From the NCBI GenBank assembly GCA_024224155.1, contig JAAENP010000114.1, forward strand, positions 2,014-66,013: 64,000 nt of DNA. The letters are read 5' to 3'. Shown here one piece after another: positions 18,909 through 28,053 of the stretch. Source of the DNA: a bacterium (GTDB taxonomy: Bacteria; Acidobacteriota; Thermoanaerobaculia; Multivoradales; JAHEKO01). The position numbers and the translations under genes are program-made. The stretch's first letter is position 1. Each line of letters starts with the position of its first letter. The notes under the pieces are model-generated. The model saw only the letters and a list, made by a program, of their open reading frames with translations. It ran no database searches and was not told the DNA's origin.

Positions 18909-20188
18909 CCTCCCTCGACGCAGTAGAGGTGCCCACTCGTCCGAACGATCAAGCACCCGTCGGCGATCGCGGGCGAGGCCACGACCTCTCCTTCGGGCAG
19001 CTGGCCATGGCCCAGCAGCTCGAAGCTGTTGGTCGCCGAAAACACAGACACGCCTCCCGCCAGGTTGATCGCATAGATCTTGCCGTCACCGGCGACCGGA
19101 GATGCGTGGTAGGGACCCTGCGGGAGGCGTGTTCGCCAGAGCCTGTTGCCGGTCTCCGGGTTGTAGCAGCCGACGAAGCCTTTCTCGTGAACCGTGAAGA
19201 AGAGCCCGTTGTAGAGAAGTGGCGACGCCGTCGCCGGCACCATTTTGTTGTCTTTCCAGAGCGCCTTCACCCGTCGCTTGTCATTCTTGAACAACAGGCG
19301 CCAGCAACCCATCTCACGCACGTTGTGTGCCCCGGTTGCCGCACAGAGCAGATCTCCTTCCGCCACGGGGCTCGCCACCGGCTGGTTGACGGTCTGGTCC
19401 CTCTGCCAGATTCGTTCACCGGTCTTCGCACTATAGGAGATGATCTTGCGGGCGTGAGCCACCACGATCTCGGTCTCGCCGGCGAAGTCGACCTTGATCG
19501 GCGTCGTGTAGGAACAACACGAGTTGTCCCACTGGGTGATCCACCGCCGTTCACCGTCTTTCTTGTCGAATGCCGCAATCCAGCCGGCGCCGTCCTCCCA
19601 CAGCTCGAGATCCTGGAAGACGATGACGTCGTCCTCGGTCAGGACGAGAGATGAGCCGGTGCCGTAGCGGGAGTGTTCGAGGTAATCGGCGTCGATCTCC
19701 CGAAGCCAGAGCACCTTGCCGCTCAGATCCACCGCCGCCAGATGAGAGCCCAGGTAGACGTATACCGCTCTGCCGTCGGTCGCCGGCGTGGCGGCTGCGG
19801 CACGATTCAGCCGGTGGAGCTTCTCTTCCGGACGTTGGAGGATCTCCGCCTTCCAACGAATCTCGCCGCTGTCGAGCTCGAGGGCCAGCAAAGACAGCTG
19901 GCGCTCGCTCCCTTCGCCCTCGTCCGCCGTGAGGTAGACGGTACCGGGACCGACAATCGGTGACGAAATACCCTGACCCGGCAGCTCCGTGGCCCACCGA
20001 ATTCCGTCATCTTCGGTCCAGGAGACCGGCAGGTCGGTCTCGTTCGAAATCCCGCGCCCCTCGACGCCTCGCCACTGCGGCCAGGGACCCGCTTCTCGAT
20101 CGGGCTCGGCGCAAGCCAAAGCCGTCGCCAGAAGCAGCACCGATCCCAGGGCTTTCCCTCGCTCCGAATGTCTGCATGCAAATCTCAT
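18878..20188 (-). CDS. PQQ-like beta-propeller repeat lipoprotein
   Basis: Lipobox LATALAC. WPQWRG...ISSPIV..GTVYLT and repeated G.VY/L.A.D..GK..W propeller blades. Paralog of the next gene. Confidence 0.75.
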   Translation of the reverse strand: MRFACRHSERGKALGSVLLLATALACAEPDREAGPWPQWRGVEGRGISNETDLPVSWTEDDGIRWATELPGQGISSPIVGPGTVYLTADEGEGSERQLSLLALELDSGEIRWKAEILQRPEEKLHRLNRAAAATPATDGRAVYVYLGSHLAAVDLSGKVLWLREIDADYLEHSRYGTGSSLVLTEDDVIVFQDLELWEDGAGWIAAFDKKDGERRWITQWDNSCCSYTTPIKVDFAGETEIVVAHARKIISYSAKTGERIWQRDQTVNQPVASPVAEGDLLCAATGAHNVREMGCWRLLFKNDKRRVKALWKDNKMVPATASPLLYNGLFFTVHEKGFVGCYNPETGNRLWRTRLPQGPYHASPVAGDGKIYAINLAGGVSVFSATNSFELLGHGQLPEGEVVASPAIADGCLIVRTSGHLYCVEGGQPGAAMTPS

Positions 20189-20210
20189 CTAAGGCTCTCC
20201 CAGACTGTCG

Positions 20211-21533
20211 TCAGGCCGCTTCCGATTGGGATGGTCCGTCGGTTCCGTTAACGCAGTGCAGCTCGCTCGCACTTCTGATCAGGAGGCATTCTCCGGCGAC
20301 CGCCGGCGAAGCCACGTAGCGTGCCTCAGGCAGGTAGTTGACCGCAATGGTCTGTCCATCATCGAGAGAGATCACCGATACCGCGCCGGTTTCGCCGGTG
20401 GCGTAGAGCTTGCCGGCACCCGCCAGGAGGGAGGCGCGATAGCCCGATCGTTCGAGGCGTTTCTGCCAGAGCATCTTGCCGGTCCGTGCGTCGAGACACC
20501 GCAGAATCCCCTTCTCGGTCAGAAGATAGAGCCGCCCGTTCAGCAGGATCGGAGACGAGGTGTCGGGCACCCACTTCGAGATCTCCCAGAGCAGTTTCCA
20601 GCTGGTCTTGCCCCCCTCTTCGACCACCTCCCAGCAACGCGCCTGGCGATGGGCGTGGGCGCCGCTGGCAACGCAAATCAGGTCGTCTTCCACGACCGGA
20701 CTCGCCACCGGCTGGGCGATCACCTGGTCTTCGCGCCGAAGCGCTTCACCCGTCTTCGGATCGAACGACACCACGTATCCCGCCAGAACGACAAAAAGCT
20801 CCGCAGCCTCCGATTCACTCCCGCCGCCGATCGCCAGCGGCGTAACGTACGAGCAGCAGCTGTCGTCCCACTGGTTCTTCCAGACCAGCTCACCGGTGGC
20901 CTTGTCGTAAGCCGTGATCCAACCGACGAGCTCTTCGGCTACGCGCTCACGGTCTCGAAGGACGATCACCAGGTCACCGGCCAGGATCAGCGACGACCCG
21001 GCCGCGTACCGCGCTTCCTTCAGGTAGGCCGGATCTATTTCGTTGACCCAGACCGGTTTGCCTCCGGCATCCAGCGCCGCGAGATGGGATCCGAAGTAAG
21101 CGAACGTGTGGTGCCCGTCACTCACCGGAGTCGGACCCGCCGAGCTGTTCATCCGGTGCATCTTCTCCCGCTTCCTGCGCGCCACCGTCGTCTGCCAAAG
21201 GCTCTCACCGCTGTTCAAGTCGAAGCTGTGCACCTGAAGCTCGACCCGATTGCCGACGGCCTTGGCGCTGGTCAAGATGACTCGGTCACCGACCGCGATC
21301 GGTGAAGACGTGCCGGTACCATCAATCCGGGCGCTCCACTTGATGCCTTCGCCGTTGCTATCCCAATGAACCGGCAGCTCCTCGGCGCTGGAAATACCCA
21401 GCCCGCCAGGACCGCGCCACTGCGGCCACGAGGCTCCGCCATCGCTCGATCCACAACCCACAAGCACGAGCCCGGCGCCCAAGGCAAGCAGCCGCAGCAT
21501 CAACAAAGGTCTCATCGCAAACCTCATGGTCAA
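20211..21533 (-). CDS. PQQ-like beta-propeller repeat lipoprotein (tandem paralog)
   Basis: Lipobox LVLVGC. It has the same WPQWRGPGG...SSPIAVGDRVILT layout as 18878-20188. Confidence 0.75.
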   Translation of the reverse strand: MTMRFAMRPLLMLRLLALGAGLVLVGCGSSDGGASWPQWRGPGGLGISSAEELPVHWDSNGEGIKWSARIDGTGTSSPIAVGDRVILTSAKAVGNRVELQVHSFDLNSGESLWQTTVARRKREKMHRMNSSAGPTPVSDGHHTFAYFGSHLAALDAGGKPVWVNEIDPAYLKEARYAAGSSLILAGDLVIVLRDRERVAEELVGWITAYDKATGELVWKNQWDDSCCSYVTPLAIGGGSESEAAELFVVLAGYVVSFDPKTGEALRREDQVIAQPVASPVVEDDLICVASGAHAHRQARCWEVVEEGGKTSWKLLWEISKWVPDTSSPILLNGRLYLLTEKGILRCLDARTGKMLWQKRLERSGYRASLLAGAGKLYATGETGAVSVISLDDGQTIAVNYLPEARYVASPAVAGECLLIRSASELHCVNGTDGPSQSEAA

Positions 21534-21563
21534 ACCTGACTCCAGGTCGAGGTCATCCGGACG

Positions 21564-23903
21564 CTAGTCCTGCTGGGCCCGGGTCAGCTCCCACAGTCGA
21601 CAGGGCTTCAGCGGGATCTCCAGGATCTCGATTCCGCTCTCGGCCAGCGCATCCTCGACAGCCTGGGCAAACAGCGGGCCCACCGGAATGGCACCGGCCT
21701 CGCCGGCCCCCTTGATGCCCAGGGGGTTGAGCGGCGAAGGTGTGGTCTGGTGACCGCTCTCGATACGTGGCACATCGAGCGCCGTCGGCAGCAGGTAGTC
21801 CATGAACGAAGCGTTCATGATCTGACCGTCTTCACTGAATACGACTTCTTCATAGAACGCGTTGCCGATTCCCTGCGCGACGCCGCCGTGGATCTGACCG
21901 TCCAGAATGAGCGGGTTGATGACCTCGCCACAGTCGTGCACGACGACGTAGCGCTGGATCTCGACGTCCAGACTCTCCGGGTCGATCTCGATAATCATGG
22001 CGTGTACGCCCGCCGCGGTGGCGCCTCGCTCCGGTCCGAAGTAGTCGGTAGCCTCCAGACCGGGCTCGGTTCCGGGTTCTACCGCTCCCCTCATCGGATT
22101 GGCCTTGAGCGCCAACTCGCCCAGCGGCAGTTCCTTGCCCGGCACGCCCTTGACTCGCACCTTGCCGTCCACGAGCTCGAGATCGGTCTCGGCGACTTCC
22201 AGCTCCCGGCCGGCAAACGCCAGGATCTTCTTGCGCACCGCCTTGGCGGCGGCATGGATCGCGTTTCCAGCGACCACGGCACCTCGAGACGCAAAGGTAC
22301 CGGCGCCCCAATGGAACAGGTCCGTGTCTCCGGTCGTGACTTCGACATCGCGAACATCGACGCCCACCTGGTCGGCGACCACCTGGGCAAACGACGTCAT
22401 GTGGCCCTGGCCCTGAGTGCCGATCCCGGTGGCGACCGCCACCTTCCCGGAAGCCTGGACCTGCACTCTCGCCCCCTCGTAGGGCCCGATTCCGGTCCCT
22501 TCGACGTAGGCGACCACTCCGATGCCGACCAGCTTGCCCTGGGCCCGCAGCGCCGGCTGGGTCTCTTGTATGAACTTCTGGTAGCCGATCTTCTCCAGCG
22601 CCTGGTCCAGAATCGGCTCATAGTTGCCGCTGTCGTAGACCAGCGGAGCGAAATCTTGATAGATGATCTCGTGATTGACCGGAAAAGACTCCGGGGCGAG
22701 GAAGTTGCGCCGGCGAATCTCCGCGCGGTCGATCCCGAGCTCACGCGCCGCGATATCCAGCAACCGCTCCATGACGAAGACGCCGTGCTGGCGCCCCGCG
22801 CCACGGTACGGAGTCACGATCGGCTTGGTCGTGAACACCGCCGTGAACTCGCTGGCGTAGTTGGGAACGTCGTAGCACCCCAGCAGCGTGCACTGACTGT
22901 TGATCGGGACGGTCAGGCCGTAGGGAGCGTAGGCGCCCGTGTCGTGAAGAAACGTGTCCTTGACTCCGAGGATCTTGCCGTCTCGGGTCACGGCGATCTC
23001 GGCATCGTGGATCTGGCCGCGTTCATGGGTGGTTGCGACGAAGTTCTCTTCCCGATCCTCGATCCACTTGACCGGTCGCTGGAGCGCCACCGAGGCCCAC
23101 GGAATCAGCACCTCTTCCGGGTAGAACATCATGATCTTGGGCCCAAAACCGCCGCCGATGAATGGCGCGATCACGCGCACTTGGCTCTCGGAGAGCCCGA
23201 GCATGGCCGCGATCCCGTTGCGGATCGGAATCGGAGCCTGGGTCGTGTCCCACATGGTCAACCGCTGGCCGCGGTCGTCCCAGTCGGCGACGACGCCGCG
23301 ATTCTCCATCGCGGCCGCGACGCCGTGATCGTAGGTGAAGCGACGGGCCAGAACCACGTCCGCCTCGGCCCGCGCGGATTCGTAATCGCCCTTCTGTTGG
23401 AAGACCCTCGCAGCTTCGTTCGTGTCGAGATCATCGTGGACCCGCGGAGCGCCCTCTTCGAGCGCCGCCTCGAGATCCACCACCGCATCGAGCGGCTCGT
23501 ACCTGACGAAGATCTCGGCCACCGCGTCCTCGGCAACGTAGCGATTCTCAGCCACGACCATCACCACGGGTTCGCCGACGTGGTGCACCTTGCCCTTGGC
23601 CAGGGGCACCTGGGTGCGCTGGTTGAATCGAATTCCCTCGATCGGCGGCGGCGGCACGAGAAGCGGCCCCGGCTGCCAGTAGTCCCCCAGATCCTCGGCC
23701 GTGTAGACCGCGATGACTCCCTCCCGCCCCAGGGCTCTCTGGGTATCGATGGCTCCGAGACGAGCGTGAGCGAACGGGCTGCGAACAAACGCCACGTGGA
23801 CCATGTCCTGGAGCTCGACATCGTCCACAAAAAGCGCGCGGCCGGTCAGAAGCCGCGGGTCTTCGTTGCGAGTGATGCGTTGGCCGAAGCTACGAGTCGA
23901 CAT
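21564..23903 (-). CDS. Orphan molybdenum hydroxylase large subunit (xanthine dehydrogenase / form II CoxL-like)
   Basis: MSTRSFGQRITRNEDPRLLTGRALFVDD N-terminus, 779 aa. The active-site loop is TPYRGAGRQHG. There are no adjacent S/M subunit genes. The start lies 4 nt after the upstream peptidase stop. Confidence 0.88.
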   Translation of the reverse strand: MSTRSFGQRITRNEDPRLLTGRALFVDDVELQDMVHVAFVRSPFAHARLGAIDTQRALGREGVIAVYTAEDLGDYWQPGPLLVPPPPIEGIRFNQRTQVPLAKGKVHHVGEPVVMVVAENRYVAEDAVAEIFVRYEPLDAVVDLEAALEEGAPRVHDDLDTNEAARVFQQKGDYESARAEADVVLARRFTYDHGVAAAMENRGVVADWDDRGQRLTMWDTTQAPIPIRNGIAAMLGLSESQVRVIAPFIGGGFGPKIMMFYPEEVLIPWASVALQRPVKWIEDREENFVATTHERGQIHDAEIAVTRDGKILGVKDTFLHDTGAYAPYGLTVPINSQCTLLGCYDVPNYASEFTAVFTTKPIVTPYRGAGRQHGVFVMERLLDIAARELGIDRAEIRRRNFLAPESFPVNHEIIYQDFAPLVYDSGNYEPILDQALEKIGYQKFIQETQPALRAQGKLVGIGVVAYVEGTGIGPYEGARVQVQASGKVAVATGIGTQGQGHMTSFAQVVADQVGVDVRDVEVTTGDTDLFHWGAGTFASRGAVVAGNAIHAAAKAVRKKILAFAGRELEVAETDLELVDGKVRVKGVPGKELPLGELALKANPMRGAVEPGTEPGLEATDYFGPERGATAAGVHAMIIEIDPESLDVEIQRYVVVHDCGEVINPLILDGQIHGGVAQGIGNAFYEEVVFSEDGQIMNASFMDYLLPTALDVPRIESGHQTTPSPLNPLGIKGAGEAGAIPVGPLFAQAVEDALAESGIEILEIPLKPCRLWELTRAQQD

Positions 23904-23907
23904 AGCG

Positions 23908-25605
23908 TTAGCTCGCCGGCGAGAGGTCGTCGGCCTGTGAGTAGATCGGCCGGATGTCCACGGGCACGTCGCCCAGGCGACTCACCGCTGCTACGAGCGC
24001 CTCGGACGCCACGCCGTAGGTATCGAGAAACTCCTTGGTGCCTTCGTAGTCTCCCTTCGCCTGCAGCATGAGCATGGTGTTGAGAAGATCTCGGATTCCT
24101 TCCGGGAACTTGTCCGACACCGCTCGGAAACGGCCCTCTTCATCGACCTCGAGCGCACCTTTCTCGAGCAGGAAGTTGAACTGCGCCACCACGCCGCGGC
24201 CGTGCGCCTCGTTGAGCCCGAATCGCGCAGAGCGGAAGAGTCCGGCAACGTAGGAGGGCTCGAGCGTGGCTCTGAAATCCGCCGCGATCTCGCCCTTCTC
24301 GATCAAGGCCAGCATGTTGTAGACCCCCATGACGTCGGCCTTGGCTTCCTCGAGGGTCGAGTAGACCTCCTTGAGCTCCAGGCGAACTTCGGTCTCGCGG
24401 CCGTCCTTGGTGATCTTGCCCGGGCCGAGCCCGTGACTCAGCTCGTGATGCAGGCTCTCGGCAAAGAAAGCGTCGAACGAGACGTGGTCGACCTGGTCGG
24501 CGGCAATCACTCGCTCGGCGATCGGTACCAAGATCTTCTCGAACTTGGCTCTCAGGACATTGCGCAACATGACCTTTTTCGAACCCTTTTCTTCGCGAAC
24601 CTTCTCGTCGTTGGGCAAGTTGAAGGCGAGCGTCTGCACGCCGGCTTTCGAGTCGCCCCCGACGTAGACCTCGTCGACGACCCGCATCGGGCTATCGGTA
24701 CCCCGTTCGTTCTTGAGCTCGTCCGGAATCGGGAGATTACTCTCGAGCCAGGGCAGCAAGCTCTTGAAGCGATCGAGCTTGGCCGACTCCTCCGGCAGGT
24801 TGACCGTGACGAAGGCTTCGAACGCCGCCTTGTAGCCGAACAGCCCATCCTCGTAGGTTTCATAGGGTCCGATCGTCACCTCGACCGGTGACTCCAGTTC
24901 CATCCAGTCGATGTCGCTCTGGTAGTAGTCGTCCGAGAAGAAGGCGTCGGCGCGCGAGTTGAGAAAGGTCCTGAGCGACTCGTTCTCGGTCATCTCGGCG
25001 GCCCGCCGCAGGTGCCCCGCGGCGGTCTCGAGATGTCCCTTGAAGAACTCCGAATAGGGCACCGCGACCAGCGCGTCACCTTCGCGGCGCACCATGGTGA
25101 AGAGCCCGGTCAGCGCCTCGCGGTCCTGGGGGTGCTCTTCGATCCAGGTCTCGAGCTCTTCCTTGGTCATGTCCTCCGGGTAGTAACCGGCGCCTTCGGG
25201 GTGTTTCGCATCTCCGATGAAGGGCTCGTCTTCGGCCAGGCGGTCCCAGGGGCCGAAGTTGATGTCGAAGAAGGCACGCAGATTCTCGTTTGCATCCGCA
25301 AGGTCGTCGCGCATCGCGGCGTTGCCGGCCCAGACCTGGGCGAGAAAGATTTCGTCCATGACCCGCCCGGCCTGAAGGATCTCCTTCAGGACTTCGATCT
25401 CGCCGTCGGGGACGCCGGAAAGATCCGCCGACAACTCGGTGGGCGCGTACTGTGCCAGGCGCTCGGCGATGTCGGCGGCGACCATGAGCCCACCGACCGT
25501 TTCGCCCGAGCCTGCCGTCGTCGGCTCCTCGGAAGGCGCACATGCCGTAACCAGCGCCATCGGGGCTATCAGGGCCAGGCCCAGCAATATCACCAGTTTC
25601 TTCAT
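23908..25605 (-). CDS. M49 (dipeptidyl-peptidase III)-like zinc metallopeptidase lipoprotein
   Basis: AAGGAG RBS, then MKKLVILLGLALIAPMALVTAC (lipobox). Zinc motifs HHELSHGLGPG (a pentapeptide HExxH) and EEAKADVMG (EExKAD-type). Confidence 0.7.
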   Translation of the reverse strand: MKKLVILLGLALIAPMALVTACAPSEEPTTAGSGETVGGLMVAADIAERLAQYAPTELSADLSGVPDGEIEVLKEILQAGRVMDEIFLAQVWAGNAAMRDDLADANENLRAFFDINFGPWDRLAEDEPFIGDAKHPEGAGYYPEDMTKEELETWIEEHPQDREALTGLFTMVRREGDALVAVPYSEFFKGHLETAAGHLRRAAEMTENESLRTFLNSRADAFFSDDYYQSDIDWMELESPVEVTIGPYETYEDGLFGYKAAFEAFVTVNLPEESAKLDRFKSLLPWLESNLPIPDELKNERGTDSPMRVVDEVYVGGDSKAGVQTLAFNLPNDEKVREEKGSKKVMLRNVLRAKFEKILVPIAERVIAADQVDHVSFDAFFAESLHHELSHGLGPGKITKDGRETEVRLELKEVYSTLEEAKADVMGVYNMLALIEKGEIAADFRATLEPSYVAGLFRSARFGLNEAHGRGVVAQFNFLLEKGALEVDEEGRFRAVSDKFPEGIRDLLNTMLMLQAKGDYEGTKEFLDTYGVASEALVAAVSRLGDVPVDIRPIYSQADDLSPAS

Positions 25606-25682
25606 CTGCTTGCACTCCTTTGAACTCCCTACTCTTCCACACTCCTCGCATGAAATCATCGCTTTTCCAATAGAGTCCCAGC

Positions 25683-26051
25683 GTGCTGCGAATGAGCGTT
25701 CGAGACTTCGAGCAAGCGGTGCGCCAGGCGCTCGAGAGGATTCCCAGCGACCTCCAGGAGGCGATCGAAAACGTCGCGGTGACCGTAGAGAACGAGCCCA
25801 GCGTCGACGACCTGCTCTCCGTAGGCCTGGATCCGGACACCGACACGCTCCTCGGCCTCTACCAGGGGGTGCCGCTACTCGAGCGCGGCCCCTCGACCTA
25901 CGGCCTGGACCTGCCCGACCGCATCGTCGTCTATCGCCGGCCGCTGCTCGAGCTGTGCGCCGACCGCGAAGAGCTCCTCACCGAGATCCGCGACACGGTG
26001 GTCCACGAGCTCGGCCACTACTTCGGGTTGCCGGAGGAAGAGCTGCCGTAG
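25683..26051 (+). CDS. Small zincin-like metallopeptidase family protein (DUF1025/Zincin_1-like)
   Basis: About 120 aa ending in IRDTVVHELGHYFGLPEEEL. Start is either GTG 25683 or ATG 25692. Confidence 0.7.
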   Translation: MLRMSVRDFEQAVRQALERIPSDLQEAIENVAVTVENEPSVDDLLSVGLDPDTDTLLGLYQGVPLLERGPSTYGLDLPDRIVVYRRPLLELCADREELLTEIRDTVVHELGHYFGLPEEELP

Positions 26052-26156
26052 CCTAGCGTTGCTGCGAACTCTGAGGCAGCTCGCAGCGCCAGTAGGCCGC
26101 GCCACTGGGCACCACAGACGAGCGGAGTCCGAGAGGCGTGAGGATTCACGGCCGAG

Positions 26157-26316
26157 CCGGCGTTGGGCTGCGCCAGGGGGCTCGACGCAAGCGCTCGCGC
26201 GGGCGTGTCGGAGGCCACTGGCGGCTTGCGCGAAGCGGCGCGCAGCCGAGGGCCCGACGCCGGTAGTCTGAGAAGCCCGAGGCGTCCCCGGAGCAGCCAA
26301 TACCGGGCGGCCGATC
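26157..26316 (+). repeat. MITE-like intergenic repeat family A, copy 2
   Basis: Aligns with 49517-49686. Shared features: ..GCCAGGGGGCTCG(A/C)CGCAAGCG.., the hairpin core GGCTTGCGCGAAGCGGCGCGCAGCC (26223-26247), GAGGGCC..ACGCC.., and GAGAAGCCCGAGGCGTCCCC. It ends 10 nt from the cyclase gene stop. Confidence 0.8.
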
Positions 26317-26325
26317 CTCACGCGG

Positions 26326-28035
26326 CTACGTTTGTTCCCGGAACGCCACGAACCGGCCCCAGCACGAGGCCAGCTCCATGCCGCGCTGGATGAAGGCGGC
26401 GATGTAGTAGCGGCCGGTCTCGGCATCGGCGATGGCGCCGCCGAGATTCTCGGCGTGGACGATGCCTTTCGGAAAGAGATTGAGGTGCATGTCCTGGTAG
26501 TACTTGTCCTGTGGGTAGACCTCGTCCCAGTCCTTGCCGTACTGGGCCTTGAGCTTGGCGTTCGCGACCGCGAACTGCCCGGGGTGGAAAATCCGCTGAA
26601 TGGTATTCATCGGGTGCTCCATCGCCACGCAGTCAATGCCCAGCCACTTGATCTTGCGCTCCACGCACCAGTCCGCGAACTCGGGCGACGGACCCGGATG
26701 CTGGATCATGTAGCGAAACTCGTCCGAGTCCGGACTGTTCCAGCCGTACTTGTACCAGCCCGCCTTGATCAGCAGGATGTCGCCATCGTGAAGGTCGACC
26801 TTCTCCTCGATCATCGCCGGGGTATAGACGCTCGAGTCGCTGACGTCTTCTGAAATATCCACGATGACTCCGGGGCCGTGCCAGTGGTCGAGCGGCACCT
26901 CGCCGATGGTCCGACCCGCCGCCCAGAAGTGCTTCTCCCCGTCCATGTGGGTGGCGAGGTGGAAGCTGGCGCGGCAGTGCGCGTTGTTCCGGCCCAGACC
27001 CAGATCCTGACCTCCGACCCGCTTGGTGTACTTGATCGACAGCGGCTCGTAGTTCGCCCACTGCGGCGTCTGGACGCTGAACGGCAACGTCATGTCGAGC
27101 ATCTCGACCGCGTTCATCGCGGCAAGAAACTCCGACTCGTCGCCCCCGTCGGCCCCGTCGGCCCCGTCGGCCCCGTCGCCACCATTGCTTGGAGCCAGCG
27201 CTACCACCCGGCTCCAGGCGGACTCCACCTCCATGAAGGGCAGCGGCGGAACGAAGAACCAGGCCCGCCGGTTCAAGAGCTCGTCGATCTCGCCACCGAG
27301 AGCCTCGAGCAGCAGCAGGCCCGCCTTCGGCATGGTCCGATGGGTCAAGCCGTAGTATTCATCGCTCGGAAACAGCTCGTCCCAGCTCTTGCCGGTGGCC
27401 TCGCGAGCGAGAGCCTCGGCCTTGTCGAACTCGGCTTTGTGGAGGCGACGGACGTGGGTGTTCATCGGATGCTCGGCCGAGCCGCAGTCGACGCCCACGA
27501 CCTTGAGTTTCATCTCGAGCGCCCAGGGGAAGAAGTCGGGCGACGGGCCGGGGTGGCGCACGTGGTAGCCGAACTCCTTGTTCTCGATTCCACCCTGGGC
27601 CTCGGCGTTGGCCACGTCCGGCTGGTCATAGGCATAGCGGTGATAGCCGGTATGAACGATGAGGATGTCACCCTCTTTGACCGCCACCTGCTCGGTAACC
27701 ATCTCGGGAGTGTAAAAGCCGTAGTCGGAGACCGCATCCGAAACATCCGCGACCACGCCTTCGCCACAGAGATCGGTCAACGGGATGTCGGCGATGGCTC
27801 GGGCGCCGGAGTGAAAAGCCCTCGGTCCCACCAGATGGGTGCCCGAGTTGTTGCTCCATTCGATGAGCTGACCGTTGGCGCCCTGGCCACCATGCCAGGA
27901 GCCCGTCAGGCGCTTGAAGAAATGGACCTGAAGCGGCATCTCGCCGGGACAGGGCGGCGTGAAGATGGACAGCGGCTGGGTCAAGTCGTACCAGCGAGCG
28001 TCGGCAAGAAGTTCGATGGCGTCGTTACGGTTCAT
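26326..28035 (-). CDS. Tandem-duplicated putative cyclase / arylformamidase-like (kynurenine formamidase fold) protein
   Basis: AAGGAGG RBS, 569 aa. Two homologous halves: FYTPEMVTEQVAVKEGDILIVHTGYHRY...HPGPSPDFFPWALEMKLKVVGVDCGSAEHPMNT and VYTPAMIEEKVDLHDGDILLIKAGWYKY...HPGPSPEFADWCVERKIKWLGIDCVAMEHPMNT. The metal motif is intact in the C-terminal half (FHLATHMDGEKH) and degenerate in the N-terminal half (SGTHLVGPRAFH). Confidence 0.7.
   Translation of the reverse strand: MNRNDAIELLADARWYDLTQPLSIFTPPCPGEMPLQVHFFKRLTGSWHGGQGANGQLIEWSNNSGTHLVGPRAFHSGARAIADIPLTDLCGEGVVADVSDAVSDYGFYTPEMVTEQVAVKEGDILIVHTGYHRYAYDQPDVANAEAQGGIENKEFGYHVRHPGPSPDFFPWALEMKLKVVGVDCGSAEHPMNTHVRRLHKAEFDKAEALAREATGKSWDELFPSDEYYGLTHRTMPKAGLLLLEALGGEIDELLNRRAWFFVPPLPFMEVESAWSRVVALAPSNGGDGADGADGADGGDESEFLAAMNAVEMLDMTLPFSVQTPQWANYEPLSIKYTKRVGGQDLGLGRNNAHCRASFHLATHMDGEKHFWAAGRTIGEVPLDHWHGPGVIVDISEDVSDSSVYTPAMIEEKVDLHDGDILLIKAGWYKYGWNSPDSDEFRYMIQHPGPSPEFADWCVERKIKWLGIDCVAMEHPMNTIQRIFHPGQFAVANAKLKAQYGKDWDEVYPQDKYYQDMHLNLFPKGIVHAENLGGAIADAETGRYYIAAFIQRGMELASCWGRFVAFREQT
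27139..27180. repeat. 9-nt tandem repeat inside the cyclase inter-domain linker
   Basis: GTCGGCCCC occurs as three perfect units (27148-27174) flanked by imperfect units. It encodes GDGADGADGADGGDE. Confidence 0.9.
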
Positions 28036-28053
28036 GGTTGCGAGTCCTCCTTG

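Noticed and set aside
27139-27180. CRISPR array or other spacer-repeat structure. Candidates considered: the 9-nt tandem repeat here, the 33-nt periodicity at 46300-46680, and the family A/B repeats
   Set aside because: The repeats are either in-frame coding microsatellites or dispersed single copies tens of kb apart. There is no regular repeat-spacer organisation and there are no cas genes.
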